A DNA stretch of 64,000 nt from a virus. The notes below the pieces were generated by a model. The model had not been told where the DNA came from, ran no database searches, and was given only the letters and a program-made list of their open reading frames with translations. The position numbers and the translations under genes were made by a program. The DNA lies in the IMG/VR virus record IMGVR_UViG_3300045988_099631, positions 1 to 64,000 of that record; one strand, given 5' to 3'. Below, one piece after another: positions 19,726 through 28,349 of the stretch; the stretch's first letter is position 1, and each line of letters starts with the position of its first letter.

Positions 19726-20844
19726 TCAAGACTCTTGGCTCAACTCCGGTAATAATTTGAAGTTTGCTAACATCGTTTCATCAAAATACCGATGTAAGCC
19801 TAACTGTTTCTCAGTATCTACAAGATCTGAAGCAGAAATTGCACCCAAAATTTTATGGAAATCAATTCGTTCAAGTACCTTCTTGGTGAAAGGACGTTTT
19901 GCATCTAAAAAAGCAATAGTTAAAAGGAACTGTTGAACTTTTTCAGAATTTAGTATGAGCATGGCAGTATATGCGGCATCATAAGTGGAAAAGCAAATAA
20001 AATAGCTTGTATCATCTGTCATAACAGGTTTGCCGTCGTTAGAAATAAGAACAGAAAATAGCGGTTTTTTATAGAAGCCGCTTACTCCGACCTTATACTG
20101 TGCATACGAGTAATCACCAATACCAAACATAGAATAATCAGGTGCATCTTTGTATATAGAACTCTTTCTTTTTAAGAAACGCTCTTTATGAGACTCCAAA
20201 TAAGACCATGTTTTAGGTGCATCGTTTTCTATATGAGCAGTATTTTCTCGAACCTTTTTTTGCGTAACAATTACCTGTTTTTTGAAATTGTTAACTATCG
20301 GAGATTTAAACATGCTATTTCTTGCAACAGATGTTTTGCAAAGCATGGCAACTGTTGTATTCGTATTGGGTAAAGAAGCTATTAACTGTAGAATAATGTA
20401 CTCGCATATATCAAAATTGCTTGCGCCAGTAAGTGCATCTATTCCCTTTAAGCCTTTAAAATTTGCTTTTGTAGGAAGGTTATCCGAATTCAATGTTGAT
20501 AGAGTACTATTATTGACCCACGGCGGATTTCCTATTATGAGGAACTGTTCTTTACCTTTAATCACAGACTTCAAATCAAAAGAAAAAAAATCTGCATTTA
20601 TAATTTGAACTCTGGGATCACTAATCTCCTGTTTACATATCTCACAATATTCCGGGTTTACTTCAACGCCAATGATTTCTGAAGCATCAAAAATCAAGCT
20701 GCTTTTCACAAAACTTCCAACGCCGCACGTCGGTTCTATGATAACAGATGGCTTTACTTTTCTTTGCTTTTGAAGATACTGACAAACGGCCAAAGAAAAA
20801 AACTCTGGTGTTTGATAGTCTCCGTATTCTCTTTTACCATTCAT
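19726..20844 (-). CDS. Orphan N6-adenine DNA methyltransferase (gamma class)
   Basis: 372 aa. AdoMet motif IIEPTCGVGSFV is followed by catalytic LIIGNPPW. No adjacent nuclease. Visibly AT-rich compared with its flanks. Confidence 0.75.
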   Translation of the reverse strand: MNGKREYGDYQTPEFFSLAVCQYLQKQRKVKPSVIIEPTCGVGSFVKSSLIFDASEIIGVEVNPEYCEICKQEISDPRVQIINADFFSFDLKSVIKGKEQFLIIGNPPWVNNSTLSTLNSDNLPTKANFKGLKGIDALTGASNFDICEYIILQLIASLPNTNTTVAMLCKTSVARNSMFKSPIVNNFKKQVIVTQKKVRENTAHIENDAPKTWSYLESHKERFLKRKSSIYKDAPDYSMFGIGDYSYAQYKVGVSGFYKKPLFSVLISNDGKPVMTDDTSYFICFSTYDAAYTAMLILNSEKVQQFLLTIAFLDAKRPFTKKVLERIDFHKILGAISASDLVDTEKQLGLHRYFDETMLANFKLLPELSQES

Positions 20845-21149
20845 GTTATTTCTCCCATCATTCCAGCCGTCAGGATTTCAATCGCTTCTGGTGTTCCATA
20901 CACGCATTCTGGGAGTCTGGCATCTTGAAATCGTCTCCAATCCGAAACGGCATTGGCTAATTTCTCAATATCATCATTCTTTACATCACCTGGAAGTACA
21001 AAAGCCATATATTCATTTCCGCGTGCTTTCGCGCGCTTCTGAATCTTCCTGATGCACGTCTCGTCGATGCCAAAGCCCTTTTTCACCTCATAGACGTCGC
21101 CGGTGATTGTGTTGCATACAAAAACCATCTTGACTTCATCTGTTTTCAT
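20841..21149 (-). CDS. Hypothetical protein, paralog of 18885-19199
   Basis: 102 aa. See the paralog entry. ATGA coupling at both ends. Confidence 0.45.
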   Translation of the reverse strand: MKTDEVKMVFVCNTITGDVYEVKKGFGIDETCIRKIQKRAKARGNEYMAFVLPGDVKNDDIEKLANAVSDWRRFQDARLPECVYGTPEAIEILTAGMMGEIT

Positions 21150-21505
21150 TTGTTATACGTCCCCAACACCCCGCGTTCCGCCCGATCATCGGCGCGTTTC
21201 GCCATCCACATGAGGGCTTCTTCAATATGTGTGATTGCACAGGCGTTCTCCCGCGTGGCGAACTCACCCTTGTTGAAGGCCGTCAGCCTGTCACGCACGA
21301 TTTCCAAAAGGTCAGCGTCCAAAACACCATGACGCGCATTCGGGTCATTTCGTGCGCCTTTCTGAAATTTTATCTGTGCAATCACACTTTTTCTGTCCAC
21401 ATCCATCACAGTGTAATCGTGATAGCCGCCTCCGGGTCCTTCGTTATCACTCCGAAGGATGGCGTGCGGGTTATTGTGCTTTTGAATCGTCGATAGCTTT
21501 ACCAT
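21146..21505 (-). CDS. Conserved phage protein (N4 gp49 / Sf6 gp66-like, tentative)
   Basis: 119 aa. The pattern IKFQKG…HGVLDADLLEIVRDRLTAFNKGEFATRENA.AITHIEEAL.W…R…RGV.G recalls that family. The match is from memory only. Confidence 0.35.
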   Translation of the reverse strand: MVKLSTIQKHNNPHAILRSDNEGPGGGYHDYTVMDVDRKSVIAQIKFQKGARNDPNARHGVLDADLLEIVRDRLTAFNKGEFATRENACAITHIEEALMWMAKRADDRAERGVLGTYNK

Positions 21506-21851
21506 ATCGTTCCTCCCATTTGTCCAACGGTTTTTTCAGAATTTCCACTGATGCAAGTTCACCGTTTACAAACTCGCACCCGCAGTAGCTGGTTGAAATT
21601 ACAATTTCAGTAATATCGGGTCGTATGCTTTTCAGAAGTCCAACGGGATTGCCGTTGAACGTCACAAATGGCGCATTCTCTGGCCGATATTCCTTAATTG
21701 GGACTTCCGGTGCGAGTTTCAGCATTCTCTTGAAACGGAGCAATTCATCGACATCCTCCGTGTCCGGCAGGCTTCCATCTTCTCGCCGTAGGGAGTCAAG
21801 TGCTTTGTTGATTCCCTCAATGATGTGCGTTGCATTAACGTATTTATCCAC
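21471..21851 (-). CDS. Hypothetical protein
   Basis: 126-aa ORF with a GTG start. N-terminus (V)DKYVNATHII resembles that of the small ORF upstream. Confidence 0.35.
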   Translation of the reverse strand: MDKYVNATHIIEGINKALDSLRREDGSLPDTEDVDELLRFKRMLKLAPEVPIKEYRPENAPFVTFNGNPVGLLKSIRPDITEIVISTSYCGCEFVNGELASVEILKKPLDKWEERYGKAIDDSKAQ

Positions 21852-22014
21852 GTTCAGCCTCCGTTTTAGACGCTTCTTCCAGCAGCCGTTTTGCGTATTT
21901 CATAGACGTTAGGGCCATAAGCTTTTCGATTCCTGCTGGTTCTTCGCGTTCCGCCCTCTCGATTGCACCTTCTAGTGTTACAATCAGTTTGGTCGCGTTT
22001 ATGTACCTATCCAT
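21844..22014 (-). CDS. Small hypothetical protein (56 aa, below the ORF-track cutoff)
   Basis: ATG 22014 to TAA 21844. N-terminus MDRYINATKLI parallels the next gene. The RBS is weak. Confidence 0.3.
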   Translation of the reverse strand: MDRYINATKLIVTLEGAIERAEREEPAGIEKLMALTSMKYAKRLLEEASKTEAERG

Positions 22015-22412
22015 GTGGTGTCAATCTCCTTCCCGTCGAATACCGCAACAAGTGAAATGGGGCCGACTTCAATTTTCTCAATTTGTAGCTTGTCAGTAAC
22101 ATTATCGGTTACAACAAACCTGCCGTCTTTATTTGGATCAATCGCGTTGTCATCATCCAGCATCGCAGTTACGTCAATTTTTGCTTTGTATAGCCGCCCC
22201 GGCAGTCCATCTCTGAATCCAACACGGCCAGCGTAGTCAGAGAACATATTGACACCATATCTGATTTTTATCGTGAAGGATTGCCGGTTTTCTGCCCGCT
22301 TATAGTTTGACGCAATGCCCATGATGTACGGCCCAATGCTTTCCACCGGAAAGTCAAAGCTTTCTTTCGGTGGAAAGCCAGCATACTGTTTAATTGCCTC
22401 GCACAGTGTCAT
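21999..22412 (-). CDS. Hypothetical protein
   Basis: 137-aa ORF, ATGA overlap with the upstream stop. Confidence 0.4.
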   Translation of the reverse strand: MTLCEAIKQYAGFPPKESFDFPVESIGPYIMGIASNYKRAENRQSFTIKIRYGVNMFSDYAGRVGFRDGLPGRLYKAKIDVTAMLDDDNAIDPNKDGRFVVTDNVTDKLQIEKIEVGPISLVAVFDGKEIDTTWIGT

Positions 22413-22900
22413 TCAAATTCAAACCTTTCTTCCACACCAATGATCTTCGCCCCGCACTCGCAGAGCGGATACCTTTGTTTCAGATTCCGTGCGTCGATAT
22501 AGTTGAAGAACCATTTTTTCTGTCCACATTTCGAGCACGTCTTCCAATACCGCTGCACACCCGGCTTGCACTCGTCCGTGACGATCCAGTTGGCCGTGCC
22601 CATCGGGTAGTCGATGTACCCCATCGCCCATCCACCTTCTCCGAAAACGACAATGCTACCGTCTTCGTCATCCATGACAGCAGAAAAATGGACACCGTTT
22701 GCGCATGGTTTCACTTTCAGATCCCTGTACCGGCTATGCTCGCTGATATCAGCCTGATTCATCGGCGCAACTGTAGGTTCTTCATTGACAGTCTCATCAT
22801 ATGGTGGTTCGGACATTGCACGCACTTCATCCATGAGAGCGTCGAATTGTTCCTGCGACATTGCCTTGATTTCATTGAAAACTGATTCCAGGTCCATCAT
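22409..22900 (-). CDS. Hypothetical protein with C-terminal zinc ribbon
   Basis: 163 aa from ATG 22900 (AGGGAGGA RBS). Contains CSKCG…CECG. Confidence 0.4.
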   Translation of the reverse strand: MMDLESVFNEIKAMSQEQFDALMDEVRAMSEPPYDETVNEEPTVAPMNQADISEHSRYRDLKVKPCANGVHFSAVMDDEDGSIVVFGEGGWAMGYIDYPMGTANWIVTDECKPGVQRYWKTCSKCGQKKWFFNYIDARNLKQRYPLCECGAKIIGVEERFEFE

Positions 22901-22919
22901 TGCGTCCTCCCTGACAATT

Positions 22920-23129
22920 TTAGTGGCATCGTTCATGTTCACGTTCTCTGTCCGCTACATCACTGACAGCGTCAATGCTTTTGAACTCGCCGCATTTGTA
23001 CAGGCTGTACACGATACGATTCCATTCGACCTCTGAAAAGCGTTCGCCTTTGTGCTTTTTGCACCGGTGCGGGTAAAGATACCCTTTTTGGCATTCGTGG
23101 AATGCGCAGGTCGCACAGCAATCTACCAT
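22920..23129 (-). CDS. Small Cys-rich protein
   Basis: 69 aa from ATG 23129 (TAATG overlap). Contains CCATC…H.C. Confidence 0.3.
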   Translation of the reverse strand: MVDCCATCAFHECQKGYLYPHRCKKHKGERFSEVEWNRIVYSLYKCGEFKSIDAVSDVADREREHERCH

Positions 23130-23569
23130 TATCTTTCCTCCAGTATCATCTTCAGATATTTGTCCACGGCCTTTTCGGACGAATGTAAGCATTCATTTAG
23201 TGTCCTACCGTGGAATCCCACCGCGTCTTTAATTCCCACAATCTCGCCAATATACAGATTGTCGTCAACGTCATACCTGATGGTTGAGGTAAGCCCCCTG
23301 TAGATGAAAACGCACAAGTTTTCTCCATATGGCGGTTGCAGAATCCCCCAACAACGTGCTTCGATTGCAGCATCAACAATGTTACATTGCATTTGGTTCC
23401 ACTTCTGGATAGCCAGCTGCTTTGCTTTACCACGTCCTACATGTGCGGTTTCACATTTCCGTGCGCCCTTCAGGCCGCATTCGGGACAGACGACGCGATA
23501 GCCATCACCGCATCTGCGCAGTTTGGCGTCGGCACTGCACCGCAGGCATGGGATGATAATTTCACTCAT
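23129..23569 (-). CDS. Lar-like zinc ribbon fused to a HicB-like domain
   Basis: N-terminus CLRCS…CPECG…AIQKWNQ is Lar-like. C-terminus YRGLTSTIRYDVDDNLYIGEIVGIKDAVGFHGRTLNECLHSSEKAVDKYL fits the HicB-antitoxin N-domain pattern. Confidence 0.5.
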   Translation of the reverse strand: MSEIIIPCLRCSADAKLRRCGDGYRVVCPECGLKGARKCETAHVGRGKAKQLAIQKWNQMQCNIVDAAIEARCWGILQPPYGENLCVFIYRGLTSTIRYDVDDNLYIGEIVGIKDAVGFHGRTLNECLHSSEKAVDKYLKMILEER

Positions 23570-23786
23570 CTTCGTCATCTCCAAAGCGCTCGTCATATTC
23601 TTCCGGCGTGATGAACTGAATATCGTCACCGGTATAGCCAAGACTGTCGAGGCACATCAGCTCAACCAACGTATCCTTGTTGATACACTTGCACAGATCT
23701 TCATACGGGATTGTGTTTTTTGCCTCGAAGCTCATCTGCGCTCCGAACTCTCCTCGGACGGTAAAACACACTCGATTTTCAACCAT
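23562..23786 (-). CDS. Small acidic hypothetical protein
   Basis: 74 aa from ATG 23786 (overlaps the upstream stop). Acidic tail DDEDE. Confidence 0.35.
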   Translation of the reverse strand: MVENRVCFTVRGEFGAQMSFEAKNTIPYEDLCKCINKDTLVELMCLDSLGYTGDDIQFITPEEYDERFGDDEDE

Positions 23787-23985
23787 TTTCGTTCCTCCTA
23801 TTCCAAGCTTTGATAGCTGCACGCTTCGTACCTTTTATCGGTCCACTTGCCCCGCAGTATGTACAGCGGCATTGATACATCACTTCTGGGTATATGTCTG
23901 CATTAAACTGGTGTATCTCATCAAGATACACCGGCCAATCCACAGAGCACTTGTGGCAAAATGGGCAGTTACTCGGTTGCTCCAT
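23779..23985 (-). CDS. Lar-family (restriction alleviation-like) zinc-ribbon protein
   Basis: 68 aa. CPFC…C.YCG…AIKAWNRR. Confidence 0.55.
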   Translation of the reverse strand: MEQPSNCPFCHKCSVDWPVYLDEIHQFNADIYPEVMYQCRCTYCGASGPIKGTKRAAIKAWNRRNENG

Positions 23986-24292
23986 CTACATACCTCTCAT
24001 TCCATGCACGAATAGCCTGTTCGACGTAGGGCGCAAAAAGCTCCGTCTGCCTTTGGCATACAGGGGATTTCTCTACATATGATGGCCCCCATGCACTGTT
24101 ATACGGCCAAGGGTTAATCAACGGCTCCGTTCTGATAGGCTTGCCCCGGCTGGCGCACCGGTTGCAAATGATTTGTACGCGGTACACAATTTTCTTGTCG
24201 CCTCTGTAATTCTGACCTGCGAAGCGAGCATCCTTGAAACTCACCCGCCCGCGCCCGCCGCAGAACGGGCAACTACGAATTTGTTCCATCAT
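23969..24292 (-). CDS. Lar-family zinc-ribbon protein
   Basis: 107 aa from ATG 24292. CPFCGG…CNRC…AIRAWNER. Confidence 0.55.
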   Translation of the reverse strand: MMEQIRSCPFCGGRGRVSFKDARFAGQNYRGDKKIVYRVQIICNRCASRGKPIRTEPLINPWPYNSAWGPSYVEKSPVCQRQTELFAPYVEQAIRAWNERYVDGATE

Positions 24293-24482
24293 CGTACCTC
24301 CGGTTCCACGCATCCACGGTTTCGACGTATGGGTTAAGCGACCATTTGTGCTTAAACTTAAATGTCGTTTCGCACTTCTGGCATTTTACATCTAGCGTCA
24401 TGACCTTTTTTCCATAGTTGCAGGTTCCACCCCGTTCCTCGACTTCTCCACCGCAGAACGGGCAGCCTTTAAGATCGTTCAT
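24273..24482 (-). CDS. Lar-family zinc-ribbon protein
   Basis: 69 aa from ATG 24482 (GGAGGG RBS). CPFCGG…CQKC…VDAWNRR. Confidence 0.55.
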   Translation of the reverse strand: MNDLKGCPFCGGEVEERGGTCNYGKKVMTLDVKCQKCETTFKFKHKWSLNPYVETVDAWNRRYDDGTNS

Positions 24483-24663
24483 TTTCCCTCCTATTCCACA
24501 CTTCCGCAGCTTCTTCCCGTGTATCAAACCAGTTTGTACACGGTTCGCATTTGCACACGTCCCCGCGATTTTTGCAGGCTACAAGGAATCTATCGTGCGT
24601 GTATGGTTCGCTTATCACGACGGCCTTCCCGCCGCAGAATGGGCAGCACTTGAGATCAGTCAT
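24469..24663 (-). CDS. Lar-family zinc-ribbon protein
   Basis: 64 aa from ATG 24663. CPFCGG…AAEVWNRR. Confidence 0.55.
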   Translation of the reverse strand: MTDLKCCPFCGGKAVVISEPYTHDRFLVACKNRGDVCKCEPCTNWFDTREEAAEVWNRRENERS

Positions 24664-24719
24664 GTTCTTCCCTCGCTTTGCACGGAAGGAAGCACGTTCC
24701 GCACGGCGGTACTTCGCAC

Positions 24720-25241
24720 TCACCGCTCCGAACAAAAGGACATTCCTTTACTCCACAGTTCATTTTTCCTCCTGGCCTTTTCGGCGTCTTCCTGATTTAA
24801 GAACACTTTTGTTCCGAAATCTTCCTCTGTGAACTCCCAATGCGCGTCACCCCAATCATCATAGACGCACGGCGCAACGACCTTCGCATACAACCCATCG
24901 GAAGCGCGGCAGATCATGATGCGTTTGCATTTTGTTTCTTCGATGCCGGTCAAACTGTCAGAGGTCAGAACAAACAATTTATCGCCCGGTTTGCACGGAA
25001 GAATAATGTTCATGCCGGCTTTATCTGCTCTTACCAGATCACGAATACGTTCTATTGAGCTGATTCCCCCGCCGAATGCCATTTCAACGATGCTCTTAGC
25101 AGCGTCAGCTTGCCACGGTTCAAGGCCACTGTCCTCAAATTCAGCCACACGCGCCCACACTTTTTCTTCCCACTTGCAGCCGTAAGCACAGTTCCCACCG
25201 ACTTCGAGGCATTCCTTGCTTTGAAAGTGCGTGCAACACAC
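24720..25241 (-). CDS. Hypothetical protein, paralog of 54851-55333 (start uncertain)
   Basis: Shares …RIRDLVRADKAGMNIILPCKPGD…VFLNQEDAEKA with the 160-aa ORF. The only in-frame candidate start after the upstream stop is GTG 25241, and it has no RBS. Confidence 0.35.
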   Translation of the reverse strand: MCCTHFQSKECLEVGGNCAYGCKWEEKVWARVAEFEDSGLEPWQADAAKSIVEMAFGGGISSIERIRDLVRADKAGMNIILPCKPGDKLFVLTSDSLTGIEETKCKRIMICRASDGLYAKVVAPCVYDDWGDAHWEFTEEDFGTKVFLNQEDAEKARRKNELWSKGMSFCSER

Positions 25242-25260
25242 TCCATTTTCGTGGTTGGTG

Positions 25261-25929
25261 TCACTGCTCCGTAATGTTAATCTCTCCAAAGTTCCCTCCC
25301 AGCACCTCATGCCGTTCGATTTCCGCGTTGATGCAAAAGACATCGCTGTACGGATCTGCGTCTTCATCCTCGCAGACCAACAGTGTCTGCTCTGCCGTTC
25401 CGACGTGTTCCCTAACGATGTACCAGACACCGAGTTTTGGTTTGCAGTAACCGATGCGAATGATTGTTCCGTCACTAAACCACAACCGTACATCCTTGTC
25501 GAAGCAGTCAATACTACCATCATTGTAGTTGCTGTTTTCGATTTCGACCGTATCGTCGCTATAACCATAGATTGTTACCACTGGTTTGTTTCCCTCCCTT
25601 GTCCAGTTCGGATTGCTGGATTCCACCTCATATGGGCCGACATTTCGGGATCTGTTCTGCAAGTCATGGTTAATCATATCTGCCGGTGTTACCTCCAAGA
25701 CTTCGCTATCGTAGACCGTTTTCGCGTGTTTCTTATCCTTGTCATGAAATTTAATGATAAAAGCACCGGTGTCAGGCGCAATGCCCATTATTTCCACAGA
25801 GAAGTTACCCAATACTCGGTAGAACTCGTCCTGATCGATTATCGACCGCAACACGTCCTTATGAAGTTCAAGTTGCAGATTATCGCAGATACGCGCACAC
25901 ATGAAATCTACCACCACAGTAGCCCCCAT
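25261..25929 (-). CDS. Hypothetical protein
   Basis: 222-aa ORF. Confidence 0.4.
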   Translation of the reverse strand: MGATVVVDFMCARICDNLQLELHKDVLRSIIDQDEFYRVLGNFSVEIMGIAPDTGAFIIKFHDKDKKHAKTVYDSEVLEVTPADMINHDLQNRSRNVGPYEVESSNPNWTREGNKPVVTIYGYSDDTVEIENSNYNDGSIDCFDKDVRLWFSDGTIIRIGYCKPKLGVWYIVREHVGTAEQTLLVCEDEDADPYSDVFCINAEIERHEVLGGNFGEINITEQ

Positions 25930-26264
25930 TTCCTGTTTTCGTAAATGTATGCCCCATCAAAATATCTCTCAACGAAACCATCCAGTTTGAGTGGAATGTT
26001 GCTGCACAGCAATGAAATTTCATCCAAGCAATACACCCTGTAGTATTTTCCTGCCGGAAAGCTATCGGTTTCTTCCGGAATGGGGCCTTCAGCCGGGTAT
26101 ACTACATCACGAGATTCGTCGGTGAAAATATATTTCAGTTCTCCACATTCCTTCGGTGTTATCTTCACAATGTCGCCGGTTTTATGTTCCGTCTTGCAGA
26201 AATATGGCATTACGCTCCATTCGGGTTCAGCCGGTGGGAACGCTACAATTCTGACGTGTCTCAT
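25908..26264 (-). CDS. Hypothetical protein
   Basis: 118 aa from ATG 26264 (ATGA overlap). Confidence 0.4.
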   Translation of the reverse strand: MRHVRIVAFPPAEPEWSVMPYFCKTEHKTGDIVKITPKECGELKYIFTDESRDVVYPAEGPIPEETDSFPAGKYYRVYCLDEISLLCSNIPLKLDGFVERYFDGAYIYENRKWGLLWW

Positions 26265-26578
26265 TCTGCCGTCTTTGCAATGACTGATTCGCGGACTTTC
26301 GTGCTCTTTGCCATCTTTCCCGCAAGGATTTCCGCTGCTTGGTTGATAATCGCATCTCGGTTCTCTGCAAGCGTGTCCGCTACGAGATTCTGCGCCCATG
26401 TAGATAACGGATCACTGGCAGGATTCGCATTTCCGTATCGGTATGCTGTGAAAACTTTATTGATGATTGCCTGTTTGATCTGCGCTTCGATAGTCTTAAC
26501 GCCGCTTTCCATTATGGTACGCTTGATTGCCTCGTCGTCGATGTTGATGCCAAACTGTACAATATGCTCCATTAACAT
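26261..26578 (-). CDS. Hypothetical protein
   Basis: 105-aa ORF. Confidence 0.4.
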   Translation of the reverse strand: MLMEHIVQFGINIDDEAIKRTIMESGVKTIEAQIKQAIINKVFTAYRYGNANPASDPLSTWAQNLVADTLAENRDAIINQAAEILAGKMAKSTKVRESVIAKTAE

Positions 26579-27012
26579 TCCCCCGCATTCAGATAGTTGA
26601 TGATTTCGTTGATTTTGACTGCAAGATCTGTGACCGTTAATTTTGTGCGTTTCAGTACATCAAATTCACCGCGTTCAGTTTTTACATCCCCGTCTGTCGA
26701 AATCGTCACCTTCGTTGCTCTTGCTTTTTCAATCTTTCCGATTTCAATCGGTTCGATTCTCTGCTTTGTCATTCGCTCTTTCTGGAACGGGTTGTGATAC
26801 ATGCCAATTTGACGGTAGTGCCGCCACAAATCGGATTCGCTTCCAGCAAAGAAGCCACGGTCGCCGCTTCTGATGGACGGGCGCGTGATTTCCCAATCGA
26901 AGGAGAATTGCTCCTTACCGTCAACAGGCAGTGTTTTTCCAACTGTTTTTACTACACCGACATTCCCGTGCAGACTTTCTACATAATCTCCGGATTTAAT
27001 TATCATATACAC
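26572..27012 (-). CDS. Hypothetical protein
   Basis: 146-aa ORF. Confidence 0.4.
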   Translation of the reverse strand: MYMIIKSGDYVESLHGNVGVVKTVGKTLPVDGKEQFSFDWEITRPSIRSGDRGFFAGSESDLWRHYRQIGMYHNPFQKERMTKQRIEPIEIGKIEKARATKVTISTDGDVKTERGEFDVLKRTKLTVTDLAVKINEIINYLNAGEC

Positions 27013-27314
27013 TCCTCCACATCAGTTCTTCCGCAGTCAAGATAGACTGTGACCATCTTGCCGCATTGTTCGCAGGTTATTTGCACGTTTGCATTTGATG
27101 AGCTTACAACTATTGTTCGGCCCTTGTGTTTTATTTCTACTGTCCCGTTCACGCCGCAAACTCCGACGATATGCCCGTTTGGGCAACGTATGAGCTGACT
27201 ATTGCATAATTCGTTTTTTGGTTCATGGTGCTTGCAGCACGCCGCGATTTGGCAGTCTCCGTAGTTCGTCGCATGCGCGCATGCAACGTTTTTTCCATTG
27301 CAAAATCCGCTCAT
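27003..27314 (-). CDS. Cys-rich zinc-binding protein
   Basis: 103 aa from ATG 27314 (ATGA overlap). Contains several C..C/C..H pairs. Confidence 0.4.
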   Translation of the reverse strand: MSGFCNGKNVACAHATNYGDCQIAACCKHHEPKNELCNSQLIRCPNGHIVGVCGVNGTVEIKHKGRTIVVSSSNANVQITCEQCGKMVTVYLDCGRTDVEECI

Positions 27315-27829
27315 TGCAGCTCCTCCACGAAGCACCATGACTGTGGCGGCTTCTGCACAAAGCATCCAGAGTCCGTGCATTTCTCGCAGTCCGGGATGGC
27401 AAAACCGAGATCTGAATACGCGCACTCCCGAAACCACTTTTTGAAGGTGTTGAGCGGCAGCGGCTTATCGTAGAGTTTGAAGTCTGAAATATGCCAACCG
27501 TAGCCGACGCCGCCGTCCAGATACTTCTCCAGTTCGTCTTTTGTCAGGCAGGCATCCGCAAGAAGCGTATCAAGTGGTGTGCAGTCCATGTTCCAATCGC
27601 AGATGCAATATTTCGGCGGTTCACAGCTTCCTCCTACTCTGACGATCTTTTCAAAAATGTCGTCGCATACAAACTCTCCAATGACGCCGCCCTGAACCGA
27701 ACGGTAAATGTAGCACTTAAACGTCATATCCATCTTCGGGCGCGTCTTGCGCACCTCAATCGTTTTCTCACCGCTTATGATCTTCTCGCACCACTTTGGT
27801 CTGATGCTGATGAGCACTGCTTGGCTCAT
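27311..27829 (-). CDS. ASCH-domain protein
   Basis: 172 aa from ATG 27829. N-terminus LISIRPKWCEKIISGEKTIEVRK is the ASCH beta-barrel signature. Paralog at 55321-55878. Confidence 0.6.
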   Translation of the reverse strand: MSQAVLISIRPKWCEKIISGEKTIEVRKTRPKMDMTFKCYIYRSVQGGVIGEFVCDDIFEKIVRVGGSCEPPKYCICDWNMDCTPLDTLLADACLTKDELEKYLDGGVGYGWHISDFKLYDKPLPLNTFKKWFRECAYSDLGFAIPDCEKCTDSGCFVQKPPQSWCFVEELQ

Positions 27830-28173
27830 TTCTTCACCTCCACGCATTCGTTCCACCGAATGTTTACCCTGTACCCGTTGACGTTGATAACGTATCCATG
27901 GTACTTTCCGTCGTATTTTTCCGCTGCATACAGCGCACCGATTTTCGGCCGCATCTGCTGAAAAATCGGGATATCCTGCGTAATTTTTATCGTGACCTTC
28001 TCATGTGCCAAGTCGCCCGGCAAACTGGTTTCTTTCCGTTGGCCCAACATTCCGTTGCGCCGCGCGAAATTGAAGCAAGTCTGACTACAGAAATAACTTT
28101 TTTGTCCGGGTTCCCTGATTCGCGTCACACGCTTCCCGCACACCGGGCAGACAAACTGCACATTTACCGACAT
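27826..28173 (-). CDS. Zinc-ribbon protein, paralog of 61135-61506
   Basis: 115 aa. CPVCGK…FCSQTC. The C-terminus GYVINVNGYRVNIRWNECVEV is mirrored in the 123-aa ORF. Confidence 0.45.
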   Translation of the reverse strand: MSVNVQFVCPVCGKRVTRIREPGQKSYFCSQTCFNFARRNGMLGQRKETSLPGDLAHEKVTIKITQDIPIFQQMRPKIGALYAAEKYDGKYHGYVINVNGYRVNIRWNECVEVKK

Positions 28174-28349
28174 TGGTCTTTCTCTTCAGCGGCTTCCGCA
28201 AACTTCCTGTACTCGATCTTCTCAGGTTTCCCTTCCCAGCTCCACCCGCATTTAAAACACTTCTTCTGCGGGATAGGCGGGAATGTAGCGATCACGATAT
28301 TCTGCAGCTCTGCGCCACATTTCGGGCACGTTTCAATGAGAATGCTCAT
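28164..28349 (-). CDS. Small zinc-ribbon protein
   Basis: 61 aa. CPKCG…CFKCG. Confidence 0.4.
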   Translation of the reverse strand: MSILIETCPKCGAELQNIVIATFPPIPQKKCFKCGWSWEGKPEKIEYRKFAEAAEEKDQCR

